Below, piece after piece: positions 43,900-56,529 of a stretch of DNA of 64,000 nucleotides (the first letter of the stretch is position 1; each line of letters starts with the position of its first letter). Origin of the DNA: Octopus sinensis (lineage: Eukaryota). The notes below the pieces were generated by a model, which saw only the letters and a list, made by a program, of their open reading frames with translations, searched no databases and had not been told where the DNA came from. Position numbers and translations under genes: made by a program. The DNA lies in assembly GCF_006345805.1 (NCBI RefSeq), contig NC_042997.1:157604001-157668000 (forward strand), written 5' to 3'.

Positions 43900-44481
43900 T
43901 TTTCTACTCTAGGCACAATGCCAAAATTTTTGGGGAGGGTGCCAGTCGGTTAGATTGACCCCAGTACGCAACTGGTACTTATTTTATCGACCCCAAAAAG
44001 ATGAAAGGCAAAGTCGACCTCGGCGGAATTTGAACTCAGAATGTAAAGACAGAGGAAATATCTATTTCTTTACTACCCACAAGGGGCCAAACATAGAGGG
44101 GACAAACAAGGACATACAAACGGATTAAGTCGATTACATCGACCCCAGTGCGTAACTAGTGCTTAATTTATCGACCCCGAAAGGATAAAAGACACAGTCG
44201 ACCTCGGTGGAATTTGAACTCAGAACGTAACGGCAGACGAAATACCGCTAAGCATTTCGCCCAGCGTGCTAACGATTCTGCCAGATCGCCGCCTTAAATG
44301 GGTTGTAAGATATTCTTTACTCCTCTAAGCACAAGGCCCGAAATTTGGGGGGAGAGGGCCATTCGATTAGATCGATCCCAGTACGCAACTGGTACTTAAT
44401 TTATCGATCCCGAAAGGACGAAAGACAAAGTCAACCTCGGTGGAATTTGAACTCAGAACGTAAAGACAGACGAAATACCAC
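43900..44481 (-). mobile_element. Tandem SINE family A copies (truncated 44318-44481 plus dimer 43900-44295)
   Basis: Three copies of the core AAAGTCGACCTCGGCGGAATTTGAACTCAGAAC. Confidence 0.88.
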
Positions 44482-44884
44482 TAGATCTAACAGCCAAATT
44501 TTTATTTCATATACTATCCATATGGAGTTAATGTAGTTCAAGATGTAGATCAGTGCGCTGGCGGTATCCTTAATACGTTGGATAAAACCTTAGCAGAGCT
44601 TCGTTCGGAAATTTACGATCTCAGTTCAAATCCTGTTCAGGTGAACTTTGTCGAGGTCAATATCTCTTCGAGGTCGCTAAAATATAGTACCAGTCAAGTA
44701 CTGGAGACGATGTAACAGACTTGTCTCTTCCACTCGAAATAGCTGGCATTGCACCCTGCGACGGACCGGCGTGTTTTCAGGGAGGGGGTTGTGTTCTCGG
44801 TTACATTCGCCATCGAAACCATGTATCCGGCTCTACGAGTCCAAGGGCACGAGAGAAGTTTTATAAAAATATGTAATATTCAGA

Positions 44885-45060
44885 CGCAGGAGTGGCTCTG
44901 TATTAAGAAACTTGTTTCCCAACCACATGGTTCCGGTTCAGTCACGCTGCGTGACTTCAGGAAGTGTCTTTTATTATAGCTTCGGGCTGATCAAATCCTT
45001 ATGAGTGGATTTAGTAGACGAAAACTGAAAGAAGACCGTAGTAAAAAAAATATGTATGCA

Positions 45061-45130
<70 letters not shown>

Positions 45131-45368
45131 TGTGTGTGTGTGTGTAAGTGTGTATGTGTTTCTGTCTGTGTTTGTTCTCAAAACAGCTTGACAATCGGTA
45201 TTGGTGTACGTCCTCGTTACCTAGCGGTTCGGCATAAAGGACCGATATAACAAGTATCAGGCTTGAAAAATAAAAGTACTGGGGTCGATTCATTCGGCTA
45301 AAAATTCTTGAAGGCAGTGCTCCAGCATGGCTGCAACCTAATGACCGAAACAAGTAAAAGATAAAAGA
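44885..45368 (+). mobile_element. SINE family B copy with internal (TG)n expansion
   Basis: Head, GTGGATTTAGTAGACG, a (TG)n tract, then ...CAGCATGGCTGCAAC..GAAACAAGTAAAAG. Confidence 0.8.
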
Positions 45369-46192
45369 AGTATAAGGAAAATGGTGGAATGGTCAAAGAT
45401 GGAACGTCTTTCATCATGTGCCTCATCGAACAAAGCTGAACTTATTTCTTCTTTAGGAATTTCTAATTTTATAATTCATTTAAATAACCTTATTTATTTA
45501 TCAACAGTGAAATTATTAATATGATTTATCAAGTTTCTCCACAGAATAATTCTAGCGAAGCACGCCGACCGGTCATTAACTGATCTTAAGATAGATTTTT
45601 TTAATGTTCATTTCGATAAGTCATTTTAGCTGTGTGAATGACGTTTTAATGAAATACAGAATTCTATTTCTACAGACATCATGCACGCAAGTATACATGT
45701 ATATAATATACACAAACAACACACACTCACACACACACATTTATATATACATATACACACACATTCACATGCATGTATAGGTAGATAAATAAGGGTATCT
45801 CATAATGGTGAGATATATTTTAATGATACTTTAGTTATGCATTGTACACTTCCCTTAACAAATATATAATGCACACATACGCGCACATATATGTACCCAT
45901 AGTTTTTTAAAAATAAAATTAGTAAAGCATTAAAATCCCTTTTTTTGGTAAAGGAAGGGAATAGAGCGATTCGACTAGGCGTCAATATTTCAGAAATATT
46001 TATTTCTTTGGCGCCGGTTGCATGAAGCGCAATGTTCGTCCTGCAAGATTTAAACTTAGAAATGTGAAACTGTAGAATGCGGGAAACACATACTGTGGCA
46101 TACTGGTGTCTCGACCATATATCCATCATGTCAGACATTGAAGTGAAGATAACTTTAGGTAAACATGTAGTTGAAGCATCTACATAATATTT

Positions 46193-46461
46193 GTTGTTGT
46201 TTGTTTTTTCTAGAGTCATGCCCGGCCGGTTTCCCGATTCATTGGCGTATAGGTTCCCCACCTGGACGGGACGCCGGTCCGTAGCAGGTGAGCTGCTAGA
46301 TGCAGGAGGAAAGAGTGAAAGAAAGTTGTGGTGAAACAGTCAGCAGAAGTTCGCCTTGGGTATTTCGCTCATAAACACACACATCGCACGGTCTGAGATT
46401 CGAACCCACGATCCCTCGACCGCGATTCCACTGCTCTAACCACTAGATCATGTGCCTCTAC
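46193..46461 (-). mobile_element. SINE family C (tail type 2, RTE-like) with 13-bp TSD
   Basis: CTACATAATATTT at 46180-46192 and 46462-46474; tRNA-like head. Confidence 0.88.
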
Positions 46462-47110
46462 CTACATAATATTTATAGTGTAATTATGTTTATATAATTT
46501 TTCATTGAAATCTTCCAATCTCGTGCTAACGGAATAATAAATTACTAATATTACTCGGCGGAGTGATTACGGTCTTCGTTTCATTGATGCGTGGTTTCAG
46601 ATTTGATCTATCATAACTTCGAGTCGAAAGAGACATGTGAGTGAACATGGAAACGGAAGCTGTTCAATGGTTGTATGATGAGTAATGCATGTTACCGGGT
46701 GGGAGACGTAAACCATTACCACGTTAAAATAACACAGTCTGGCTTTTGTGTGCCTTAATCTGAGAAAAGTTTGCTACGGAGGAAGAATGTATACTCAAAC
46801 CTGATGCCTCACAACCGCAAATCAATCCCAGAGACTGAAAATGCCGTAGCCGCAATTATAACTCTTCTTACTAAAGCCCTTGCTTCTAATTGCAATTAGC
46901 TGGAGGGATTAGAATGCTTGTTCAGAGCAAAGTGAGCGAGAGTTAAGTACCTTGACTATGGTTGCTGTGAAACATTGTTGATGAGATAGGAACTATCATT
47001 CTCCCACTATTTTTAAAAGAGTAAATAATGTCATAAGAATAAATAATAGATTATCCACCACAGTTGTGTAAGAATTTTTAATGTTTGTAAATAATATCTC
47101 CCAACCCATT

Positions 47111-47311
47111 TAAGGCGGTGAGCAGGCAGAAACGTCAGCACGCCGGGCGAAAAACTTTGCAGTATTTCGTCTATCTTTACGTTATGAGTTCAAATTCCGC
47201 CGAGGTCGACTTTGCCTTTCATCCTTTCGGGGTCGATAAATTAAGTACCAATTGCGATAAATTAAGTACCAATCGTCGAATCGATTGACCCCCCCTCTCC
47301 CAAAATTTCGT
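47111..47311 (+). mobile_element. SINE family A copy
   Basis: Head and core present. Flanks AATATCT(CC/TA)CAACCCAT are TSD-like. Confidence 0.85.
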
Positions 47312-47477
47312 AAGAATATCTTACAACCCATCTAATCATTGGACCACCACTCATAATTCAGCATCATTTACAGTGACAAAACCACCTCGGAATTTGTACA
47401 CTTCTTGAGTATATTATATAGTTATCTTGTGATAAGTATTCCAGGATTTTCTCCGTGGTTGCCCAACCTAGTAGAAA

Positions 47478-47690
47478 TATCGGTTTCAAATTTTGGTACA
47501 AGCCAGCTATTTCGGGACAGGGCGTAAGTCGATTACATCGACCCTAGTGTCCAACTGGTACTTATGTTATCGACCCCGAAAGAATAAAAAGCAAAATCTA
47601 CTTCAGCAGAATTTGAACTCAGAGCGTAAAGATGGATGAAATGCCGCAAAACATTTTGTCAGGCGTGCTGACGATTCTACTGGCTCACCT
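47478..47690 (-). mobile_element. Degenerate SINE family A copy
   Basis: AAGTCGATTACATCGACCC...TATCGACCCCGAA...GAATTTGAACTCAG. Confidence 0.75.
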
Positions 47691-49024
47691 CTTTGACCTA
47701 CATGAAATATTAGCCAAATCTCTCTCAAATCACTCTCTACCATTTTAAAAGCGCGCACATAGGAAATTATAGTGTTGTTTACACAATACCTGAACTCCAA
47801 AGGATAGGATGCCATGGCTGGAGTGCTCTTGATCATAGGTTTACTCGATCAAGTTTGAACTACATTTAAACAGCAATGATATAATAAAGTTATAATACAG
47901 TTGTGGTTTTGCGTTAGGTCAGCCTTGTTTAAGTAAGCTTATGATTAAAAAATTTCAGCTGTAACTATTCTATCTTCAATTCTATCAAAATATATCTTGG
48001 GATACACTATTCAACGTACCATTTTAAGTTTATCACATGATCGAATCAAGATAGACATAGCTGTTATCGTTCCTGTGGCCAAAGCTATGTCAGGCTTATC
48101 CAGTCTGTCTTTTTTCTAAATTTAAGGTAAATGGATCTTCGTTAGTTTCGACGATGAGTACTCAATCTTTGTCCAACTGAATTATTTGCGCATTAAGTTA
48201 GTGTGGAAATGACCGAACATTCTATAAACTCTTATACCCTTAACGTAATTTCCTGGGAGATCAGCTTAACAAGAGTGAAAAATTTTAATTACATGTACAA
48301 TCCATCCAGCAGCCTTCCACAATTTTCGTATTCCCAATTTCCTTTACAAAGTTTGGGTCGATCCAATGCTATGCAGTAGGATGGAACATGAGAGATCGTG
48401 GCTTTGAGGCAAAATTCTTAAAGATGTGACCAAAAAACTTCCTGTTTTCTTCTTAAGTCTAATGAAGCCAATCAATTCGGGGCTAGATGTTAATGAAGCG
48501 TTCACTAATAATATAGTATTCTTTTTTTACTGCAGTGATAAATTATAGTTATGTATGATAGTTATTTTCAATTAAGAACAATGAGTTAGATACAACTGAC
48601 TTAGACATAAGTACAGACAATAGTGTGCAAAATATTGGCTTCAAATTTTGACACAAGGCCAGCAATTTCGGGGTTGGGATAAGCCGATTACATCATTCCC
48701 AGTTTTCAACTAATATTTATTTTATCAACCTCGAAATAACAAAAGGCAAAGTCAACCCCGGCAGCATTTGAACCCAGATCGTAAAGACGGACGACACGCT
48801 GCTTTGCATTTTCACCAGTGTCCTATCGATTCTGCCTGCTCGTCGCCATGGGTTAAAAAATATTGACAAATCTTAAGGCAGTGCTTCAGCATGGCCGCAG
48901 TCAAAATCCCTGAAATAAGTAAAAGAATAAAAGGCTCGTTGCACAATCTAACAACTTTTAACAGCATGCGCACTCTGTCATCATACTTCTGCTGCATCAA
49001 AGTTATTTAAAATGTATCCATATA

Positions 49025-49238
49025 CTCTTTACTCTTTTATTTGTTTCAGTCATTTGACTGCGGCCATGCCCGAGCACCGCCTTTAGTCGAGCATATCGAC
49101 CCCAGGACTTATTCTTTGTAAGCCTAGTACTTATTCTGTCGGTCTCTTTTGCCGAACCGCTAAGTTACGGGAACGTAAACACACCGGCATAAGTTGTCAA
49201 GCGATGTTGGGGGTACAAACACAGACACACAAACATAT

Positions 49239-49296
<58 letters not shown>

Positions 49297-49361
49297 ATAT
49301 TTCGGAATGGTCATATTGCCAGTTTAGCCAATAATCTTGCACAACAAATATTATATATATA

Positions 49362-49429
<68 letters not shown>

Positions 49430-49580
49430 CGACGGGATTCTTTCAGTTTCCGTCTACCAAATCCACTCACAAGGCTTTGGTCGGCCCGAATCTATGGTAG
49501 AAGACATTTGCCCAATGGAACTGAACCCGGAACCATGTGGTTGGTAAGTAAGCTACTTACCGCACAGCCACTCCTACGCC
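49025..49580 (-). mobile_element. SINE family B copy with large internal (TA)n expansion
   Basis: Family B tail and head separated by ~200 bp of TA-rich repeat. Confidence 0.85.
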
Positions 49581-49604
49581 TATCCGTAAATTAAAAAAAA
49601 AAAG

Positions 49605-49635
<31 letters not shown>

Positions 49636-50484
49636 CATCTATAATCTGTATACCAATGATATGCAAATCTTCCTAAACTTCACTATGATACTAAACTTAA
49701 GGCAAAGAATTGCATTTTTTTTCTTGTAGGCTGCTTATTTCTATACCGCAGAACTTTTAAAAATAGAATTGACATAAACGTATAATATATCAACGGTGGT
49801 ATCCCAACATGACCACAGCTTTAAAGCTGAAATACTTTAAAGAGTTTTTTAAAGAGTTTTTTAAAAATACATACAAACAAACATACAGATATACATAAAC
49901 ACACATATATAAATATAAGTACCTAGCTATCTGTATGTATACATATATATATACATCCATACATCCATACATACATACCTATATATATATATATATATAT
50001 ATAAAAAAAAATATATATTATAAACATATATATATATGCATACATATACATATATATCATATAATATATGTACATAGTCATATATATAATAATAATGTAT
50101 ATATATATATATAATCATATTTTATATAATATATATACGCATACACACACATATATGTATAATATATCATATATATATACATATATAGATGTGTTAACCA
50201 ATACTTATAAAAGGAATTTGGTTGTAGGAAACAGTGAACAGCGGAAGCCCGCTGTATACAGGCGTACCCACTCACACGTGTGCGTGTATCTGCGTCGATG
50301 TGTGTGTTTACACATTTGCGTCCATATTTGTGTAAACAGCTGCATAACACTGTGTCAAATTATGTAACATTGTAGCAAAAGAGTTAACTTAGCCGTTCGG
50401 TAAATGGAAATCAATTAAATAAATACAAGTATGAAATATTGCCGTTTCTCATTTGCTTATCTTCCTTTGATGATGTAAGTAGCT

Positions 50485-50748
50485 CTGGAATTTCACATAG
50501 ACACTGGCGTAGCTGTGTGGTAAGAAGCTTACTTCCCAACCTCATGGTTTCGGGTTCATTCTCATTGCTTGCATCTTGGGCAAGTTTCTTCTGCCTCTGG
50601 TCGACCAGAGCCTTGTGAGTGGATTTAATAGAAAGAAGCACGCCAAGCCGTTATGTATACATACATACATACATATATACATACATACATATATACGTGC
50701 ATACATACATACATACATACAATATACCTAATATATATTATATTATTA

Positions 50749-50807
<59 letters not shown>

Positions 50808-51045
50808 AGTGTGTTTGTGTGTTTGCGTGCCTGTGTTTATCCCTTCATCACAGTTTGATAATCAGTCTAGTGTATTTACGTCCCCGTAGCTTAACAGTTC
50901 GGCAAAAGAACAGAATAGAAAGACCTATAGAATAAGTACTAGACTTCAAAAAAAAAAGTCCTGGATTCGATCTATTCGACTAAAACCCTTCAAGGCGGTG
51001 CACCAGCATGACCGCAGTGATATGACCGGAACAAATAAAATTTAA
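50485..51045 (+). mobile_element. Degenerate SINE family B copy with internal microsatellite
   Basis: Head GGCGTAGCTGTGTGGTAAGAAGC, internal (ATAC)/(TA), family B tail. Confidence 0.75.
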
Positions 51046-51863
51046 AAGGTAAAAGATAGTAGAATGTTTAGTTGTCTATTGAAATCATCCACGTCCATAT
51101 ATTTTTTTAACAGTCGTATATGACAGATCAGCGCTCGTAAACATATCGTATGTTCTCTGACAATGACGGGTGGGAGTAAAGAGGGGAAAAAGAAGAAAAT
51201 TCTCTGATATAAAATCAGGGCAATATGACGCAGTGTATCAATATATCAACTTATGCTCAGAGACTTGGTACGCGGTGTGGAAACAGATTGGACTCTACTT
51301 AAGACGCTCAACTGTCTCGCTAATAGAGTTAAAGTGAGCGACTTATTAAGTCTACTATTCAAGAAGCGGTACAATGTATCTGATGGGTTCCCATACAGGT
51401 TTTAGCTTCCAAATTCGAGTTGATCTAGGGTCTTTTGTAGTGAAATATCTTCCTAATATGCTGTGAAGAGGCTATATAACGGATGCATGTATCTCTAAGC
51501 TGTCTGCAAGTTTTTATACGTGTATAGTTTTTACTTAGTAAATGCTTATAATTGCATACATGTCACAGCCTCATCCTTCTTCTCCTCCTCCTCCTAATCA
51601 TCATCATCGATGCTGACCCCAGGTCATTGCCGTTGCCAACGCAACACCGTCAGCACGAGCCACCGAAAAACCCTTTACGTTATTGATTAACCTACAAGAA
51701 ACTGCGAGCAAATGTCATTCACCTTACACCAACATTTTGAAAGGCAAAAATGTAGTCCTGGATTCTCTGTACATTGTTAAAGGTATGGTGGTTACGGCTG
51801 GAATGCCCTTGATTGTAGGTTTTCCTCGATCAGTGTTAACGTTAGGCTAACGAACACGAACAA

Positions 51864-51893
51864 GAACAACAGCAACAGCAACAACAACAGCAG

Positions 51894-51925
<32 letters not shown>

Positions 51926-51986
51926 GTAACAACAACAGCAACAACAACAGCAACAATAACAACAACAACAGCAGCAGCAGCAACAG

Positions 51987-52018
<32 letters not shown>

Positions 52019-52058
52019 GCAGCAGCCGCAACAACAACAACAACAACAGCAACAACAA

Positions 52059-52090
<32 letters not shown>

Positions 52091-52117
52091 GCAGCAGCAG
52101 CAGCAACAACAACAACA

Positions 52118-52149
<32 letters not shown>

Positions 52150-52206
52150 AGCAGCAGCAACAACAACAACAACAACAGCAGCAGCAGCAACAACAACAAC
52201 AACAAC
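51864..52206. repeat. ~115-unit mixed (CAG)/(CAA) trinucleotide tract
   Basis: Direct reading; phase is unbroken across the whole tract. Confidence 0.97.
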
Positions 52207-52960
52207 GTGTGCGACGGTAGAGAAAAGCTACCTTGCTAATAACAGCCACAAGGGAAGCAACTACATCAGCAGCAACATCCAATGCAGATATAGCTCACGA
52301 AAACTATCTTCAAAAAGCCGAATGGAAAACTCCTACCCTTTCAACCCAGTTTACAAGATTATATACTTGTCTTGCTTCCACAGGTGAAATATGCCGCAAG
52401 GGGGCGGTGTTTGTTTGAAATGATTCCGGCGCCAAAATGCTGACTTCACAGCTTTGGCTTGTCATCACAATAACAGAAAAAGTAGGCTGAAATGATAAGA
52501 TTTTGACGCCCTTAGAGCGGCATATATTTTAGACGTAACCAGACAGGCAGACTTGCTTTTGGATGTGAAGAAGGGGAAAAAAAAAAGAAAGAAGAAAGGA
52601 AGAAAGAAGAAAGAAAGCTAGAAGAGAAACGAGAAGAGTGTAGGACTCGGTCGTAGTGATAATATAGTGTAATATTGGCATTATGTTTGTCTATGTAGTA
52701 GTTCATGTTGATGTTGATGTTTCCAGACAGGCATTACTGACCAAAGAATTTTAAGATAATAAGTGCAAGAGTTTAAAGGAGTATTTTTATTTATAGATCT
52801 CCCCAGGAAGCGAGTCATATCCTACTTGAGTGATGTATGTCCTATAAGTATCTATGTACATAATTTGGGTATATGTGCATGTATGCATACATCTATGTAT
52901 ACATAAGTATGTAAGTATGTATATATATATATATATATATATACATACATACATACATAC

Positions 52961-52992
<32 letters not shown>

Positions 52993-53530
52993 ATGTGTGT
53001 ATGTAGATATATAACTACATATATATATATGTATATGTATATACATATAATAGAAAGGCATATATACATTTATACAAACTACATATACGTGTATATGTAT
53101 GCACGTATATACGAATGTATAAATATATTTGTTCGTGTGTGTGTGTGTGTGTTTGTGCGTAGCTACGTACGTACAGACGTGCTTACTCATGTATATGCCT
53201 GTACATGGTCACAGTATGTGAACTTCTTAATTGAAGTTCACTTCGCAACCGCAAAGTACCGGGTTCTATCCCTCTGCGTGGTATCTCGGATATATATGTC
53301 TTATAACGCAGTCTCTGGTCGACCTACGCATGTCTTCTGAGAGAAAATGTGGTAAACAGAAACTGCACAAGCTCGCACATTGGACTGTAGCTATAAATGA
53401 ATGGTGAGACTTTTGTTTTGGGAAGTTGATGTCGCCTGAAAATTGCGTTAAGAAGAATACACATCCAGTTACATATTCTTTCAAGAAACAAGTAGTTCAC
53501 TTGATCGAGCAACTCAACACTCATCTTCGG

Positions 53531-53589
53531 ACATACATACATACATACATACATACATACATACATACATACATACATACATACATACA
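53531..53589. repeat. (ATAC)n microsatellite
   Basis: Direct reading. Confidence 0.95.
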
Positions 53590-54090
53590 TGCGGTAAAAA
53601 AACAACAAAGTGTACAGGTTATATCGGATATTACTATAAATCCGTGGTCGATCTGTTACAGATCCATAATATCCGTAATATATGTAATATCCGTAGAGTT
53701 ATAGTTGCATATATCTTATAATAATACATCAATACTCTTGTATTCAAAACCCGGTGAAACAATTGTAAATTATGTAATAAGACGTTTAGTTCACCCCACT
53801 CTCCTTGTAAATATATATAAGATACTATTATATTATTTTATTTTTGCTTGCTTCGCTTCACTATTAACTAACCTAAATGAATTGATAAGCTTATCTGGCC
53901 TTGATATTGTTTTCCTCTTCTTTAAATTATACCCACTGACTCAGAAGTTGGCTACGGATGGCCGGCCCTCTCCCTATTGGACAGTGGCTACCACAACTCC
54001 AGCCCCCGTTGTGAACGTGTATCCTAGTAGCTTATCAATTGGAGTACTCAGGCTGCATACGTATTAGTTTAGGTTTCCAGTAACCAAAAT

Positions 54091-54128
<38 letters not shown>

Positions 54129-54222
54129 ATAATCAAATAGGGTAATAAAATAAATTATTATTACCAGTGGCCTAGCACAAAAGACGAGTTAGTCATTAGA
54201 CTATATATTTTTCGTATAGAAA

Positions 54223-54555
54223 TATAATAAAAGGCTTCCAAATAAGGAAGCGTAGTGCTAGAAACACAAAAAGGGATGAATTCATGAAGGGAATGAAAAT
54301 TAAAAACATTTACCATCTCAGCTATATCCCAGACCGAACGGTTTCTACCTATTTTTAGGAAACATACAGAATATATTTGCTAGGCCAGGTTCTTCAGTGG
54401 GAAGCCTTCGTAATCCTAGACGCTCAGACTGTTAGAAGCACATGTAGATCTAACGGTTTGTATATCCTAACTTTTCAAACCTCTGCGCAGACGCAAATCA
54501 TACCCGTATCCCTTTTTGTGTTTCTAGCACTACGCTTCCTTATTTGGAAGCCGTT

Positions 54556-54562
<7 letters not shown>
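54223..54562. repeat. Inverted-repeat cassette between (TA)n tracts
   Basis: Perfect 45-bp arms 54233-54277 and 54508-54552 (about 55 bp with one mismatch); 230-bp spacer. Confidence 0.92.
54327..54402 (-). ncRNA. Type I hammerhead ribozyme motif with GUC cleavage site
   Basis: UCCCA|CUGAAGA|ACCU-36nt-AGGU|A|GAA|ACC-GUUC-GGU|C|UGGGA: all three stems Watson-Crick, one extra A before G12. Confidence 0.75.
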
Positions 54563-54595
<33 letters not shown>

Positions 54596-54654
54596 TATAT
54601 ATATATAATATATATATATATACACACACAATATATATATATATATAACGATAA

Positions 54655-54922
54655 ACGTCGCCCTTTTCAAGCCTAGCCAGGCTCATGGGCCCGGTCTCCC
54701 GGTTTCTGTGGCGTATGTGTTCCCCCCAGTTGGACGAAATAGGAAGAGAGAGTGAGAGAAAGTTGTGGGGAAAGAGTACAATAGGGGCTGCCACCACCCC
54801 CTGCCGGAGGATCGTGGAGCTTTTAGGTGTTTTCGCTCAATAAACATACACAACGCCAGGTCTGGGAATCGAAACCGCGATCCTCCGACCGCGAGTCCGC
54901 TGCCCTAACCACTAGGCCATTG

Positions 54923-54928
<6 letters not shown>
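54655..54928 (-). mobile_element. SINE family C (tail type 2, RTE-like)
   Basis: Head revcomp GAGGTGCAATGGCCTAGTGGTTAGGGCAGCGGACTCGCGG; tail related to that of 46193-46461. Confidence 0.85.
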
Positions 54929-54966
<38 letters not shown>

Positions 54967-56169
54967 GACGATATTAAGGTAGAACTCGAATAGACAATGC
55001 TATAAATATTAGCGTGTATTACCCCTAAATGAAAAAAGTCGTAGGCTGCCGGGGGATGATATTTTTTTCCCACTCGAGTTCCGGACCTTGCTGTCAAGCT
55101 AACAAACACATTCTACCAAGTAAACTCAAGACGAAGAACTGTGTTGTAAGTCGACCAATCGCCAAGTTATGACTGATTTTAGAAGGAGACAAATAATTAG
55201 AGAGATTTGCATCTATACATATTATCGGATTTTGTTAGAGCCCCATATGGTAAAGATATGGATGGGGAAAATGTGGGTAGAGGGTGATATGCTGGCAACC
55301 CTCTCCCCTAACCGTTTTACAAAGTAAACAACAACACAAATAACTACGCAGAGGTAGCCATGGTTGAAACAAGAACAAGATCCAGAAGTATTCTTAAAAG
55401 AGAAAAGAAGCATGGTCATTCCTTACCCAAGTGACCTTATCTTATCGCCCATCACTTATTATGCGCTCATAAATTAGTTTGATAGTTGAGCTCTGGTTGG
55501 TTGTATGCAAGTGAATTCATTATTGGGGTCCGGAACTCACGTGCGAAAAAAATTTCGCGCCCAGCAGACACGAATCCACATCTTCTATAAACACGACAAG
55601 CACCCTACCTTTGTCTAAAAGGAGTCCTGCGGATTTCTCCCTCTATTTTAAAAGCTTTGTTCCTACAAAAAGAAATGTATGTTGTATCATAAGAATTTGG
55701 AGATTTCGAATATACACGCACACACATATACAAACACGCAAACACACACGTACACACACACACACGTGCACGCACTCACACACACACGCACACACGCGCG
55801 CGCATACACACAGCTGTGTCGTGAAACCGAAAACCTTATCTTTGAATGAGTTTTTACTGTTGATAGTTAGCTTCAGGTCTGTTCTGATTGAGCAGTCTAT
55901 GATCAAAGATGTTCCTGAAAGGTCCATCCTATCTTCATTGTGCAACACAACTTTTCTTAAGATTTAATACGCGAGACACTCAGCTGCTGTTTTTCTGTTT
56001 CTGCTATTAGATTGTATGTTCCTTGATGGCTCATATCGTCATTTTGGGCCAGATCTTTCTTAAGCTTGTTTTAATTATAATACTTAAGGCCATGCTGGAG
56101 TGCAGTTTACTGAATGGGCAAGTAAATTTCATTGCAATAATAACGCTAATTTTATGTTTTGTATATCGT

Positions 56170-56340
56170 GTTGATTGTTTCATTTATTAGACTGCGGCCA
56201 TACTGGGGCACTACCTTGAAGGGTTGAGTCGAACAGATCGACCCCCAATCGTAGTGCTTTTTTTAAAGTCTAGTACATATTCTCTTTGTCGCTTTGCCGA
56301 AACCGCTAAGTTACGGAGACATAAAACTAACCTGTATCAG
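56170..56340 (-). mobile_element. SINE family B tail fragment
   Basis: GACTGCGGCCATACTGGGGCAC...TTTGCCGAAACCGCTAAGTTACGG. Confidence 0.7.
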
Positions 56341-56529
56341 TTTCAAACCGTGCTGTGGACTTATAAAAACACAAAGACAATAACATAAATACATACATAC
56401 ATGTGCATACACATACATACATACATACATACATACATACAGACATACATCTCCTCCATTCTACACAAAGAATGTTACAAGTACCTAGGCATAGACGAAA
56501 ATGTACCATATGAAGGCACTGTGAATAAA

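Noticed and set aside
46066-46115. CETVECGK-HILWHTG, resembling a C2H2 zinc finger
   Set aside because: The ~11 residues between the Cys and His pairs and the EKPY linker are missing; likely chance.
51792-52282. Poly-Leu and poly-Cys ORFs in the track
   Set aside because: Antisense readings of the CAG/CAA microsatellite (the poly-Cys ORF starts at TTG); not credible proteins.
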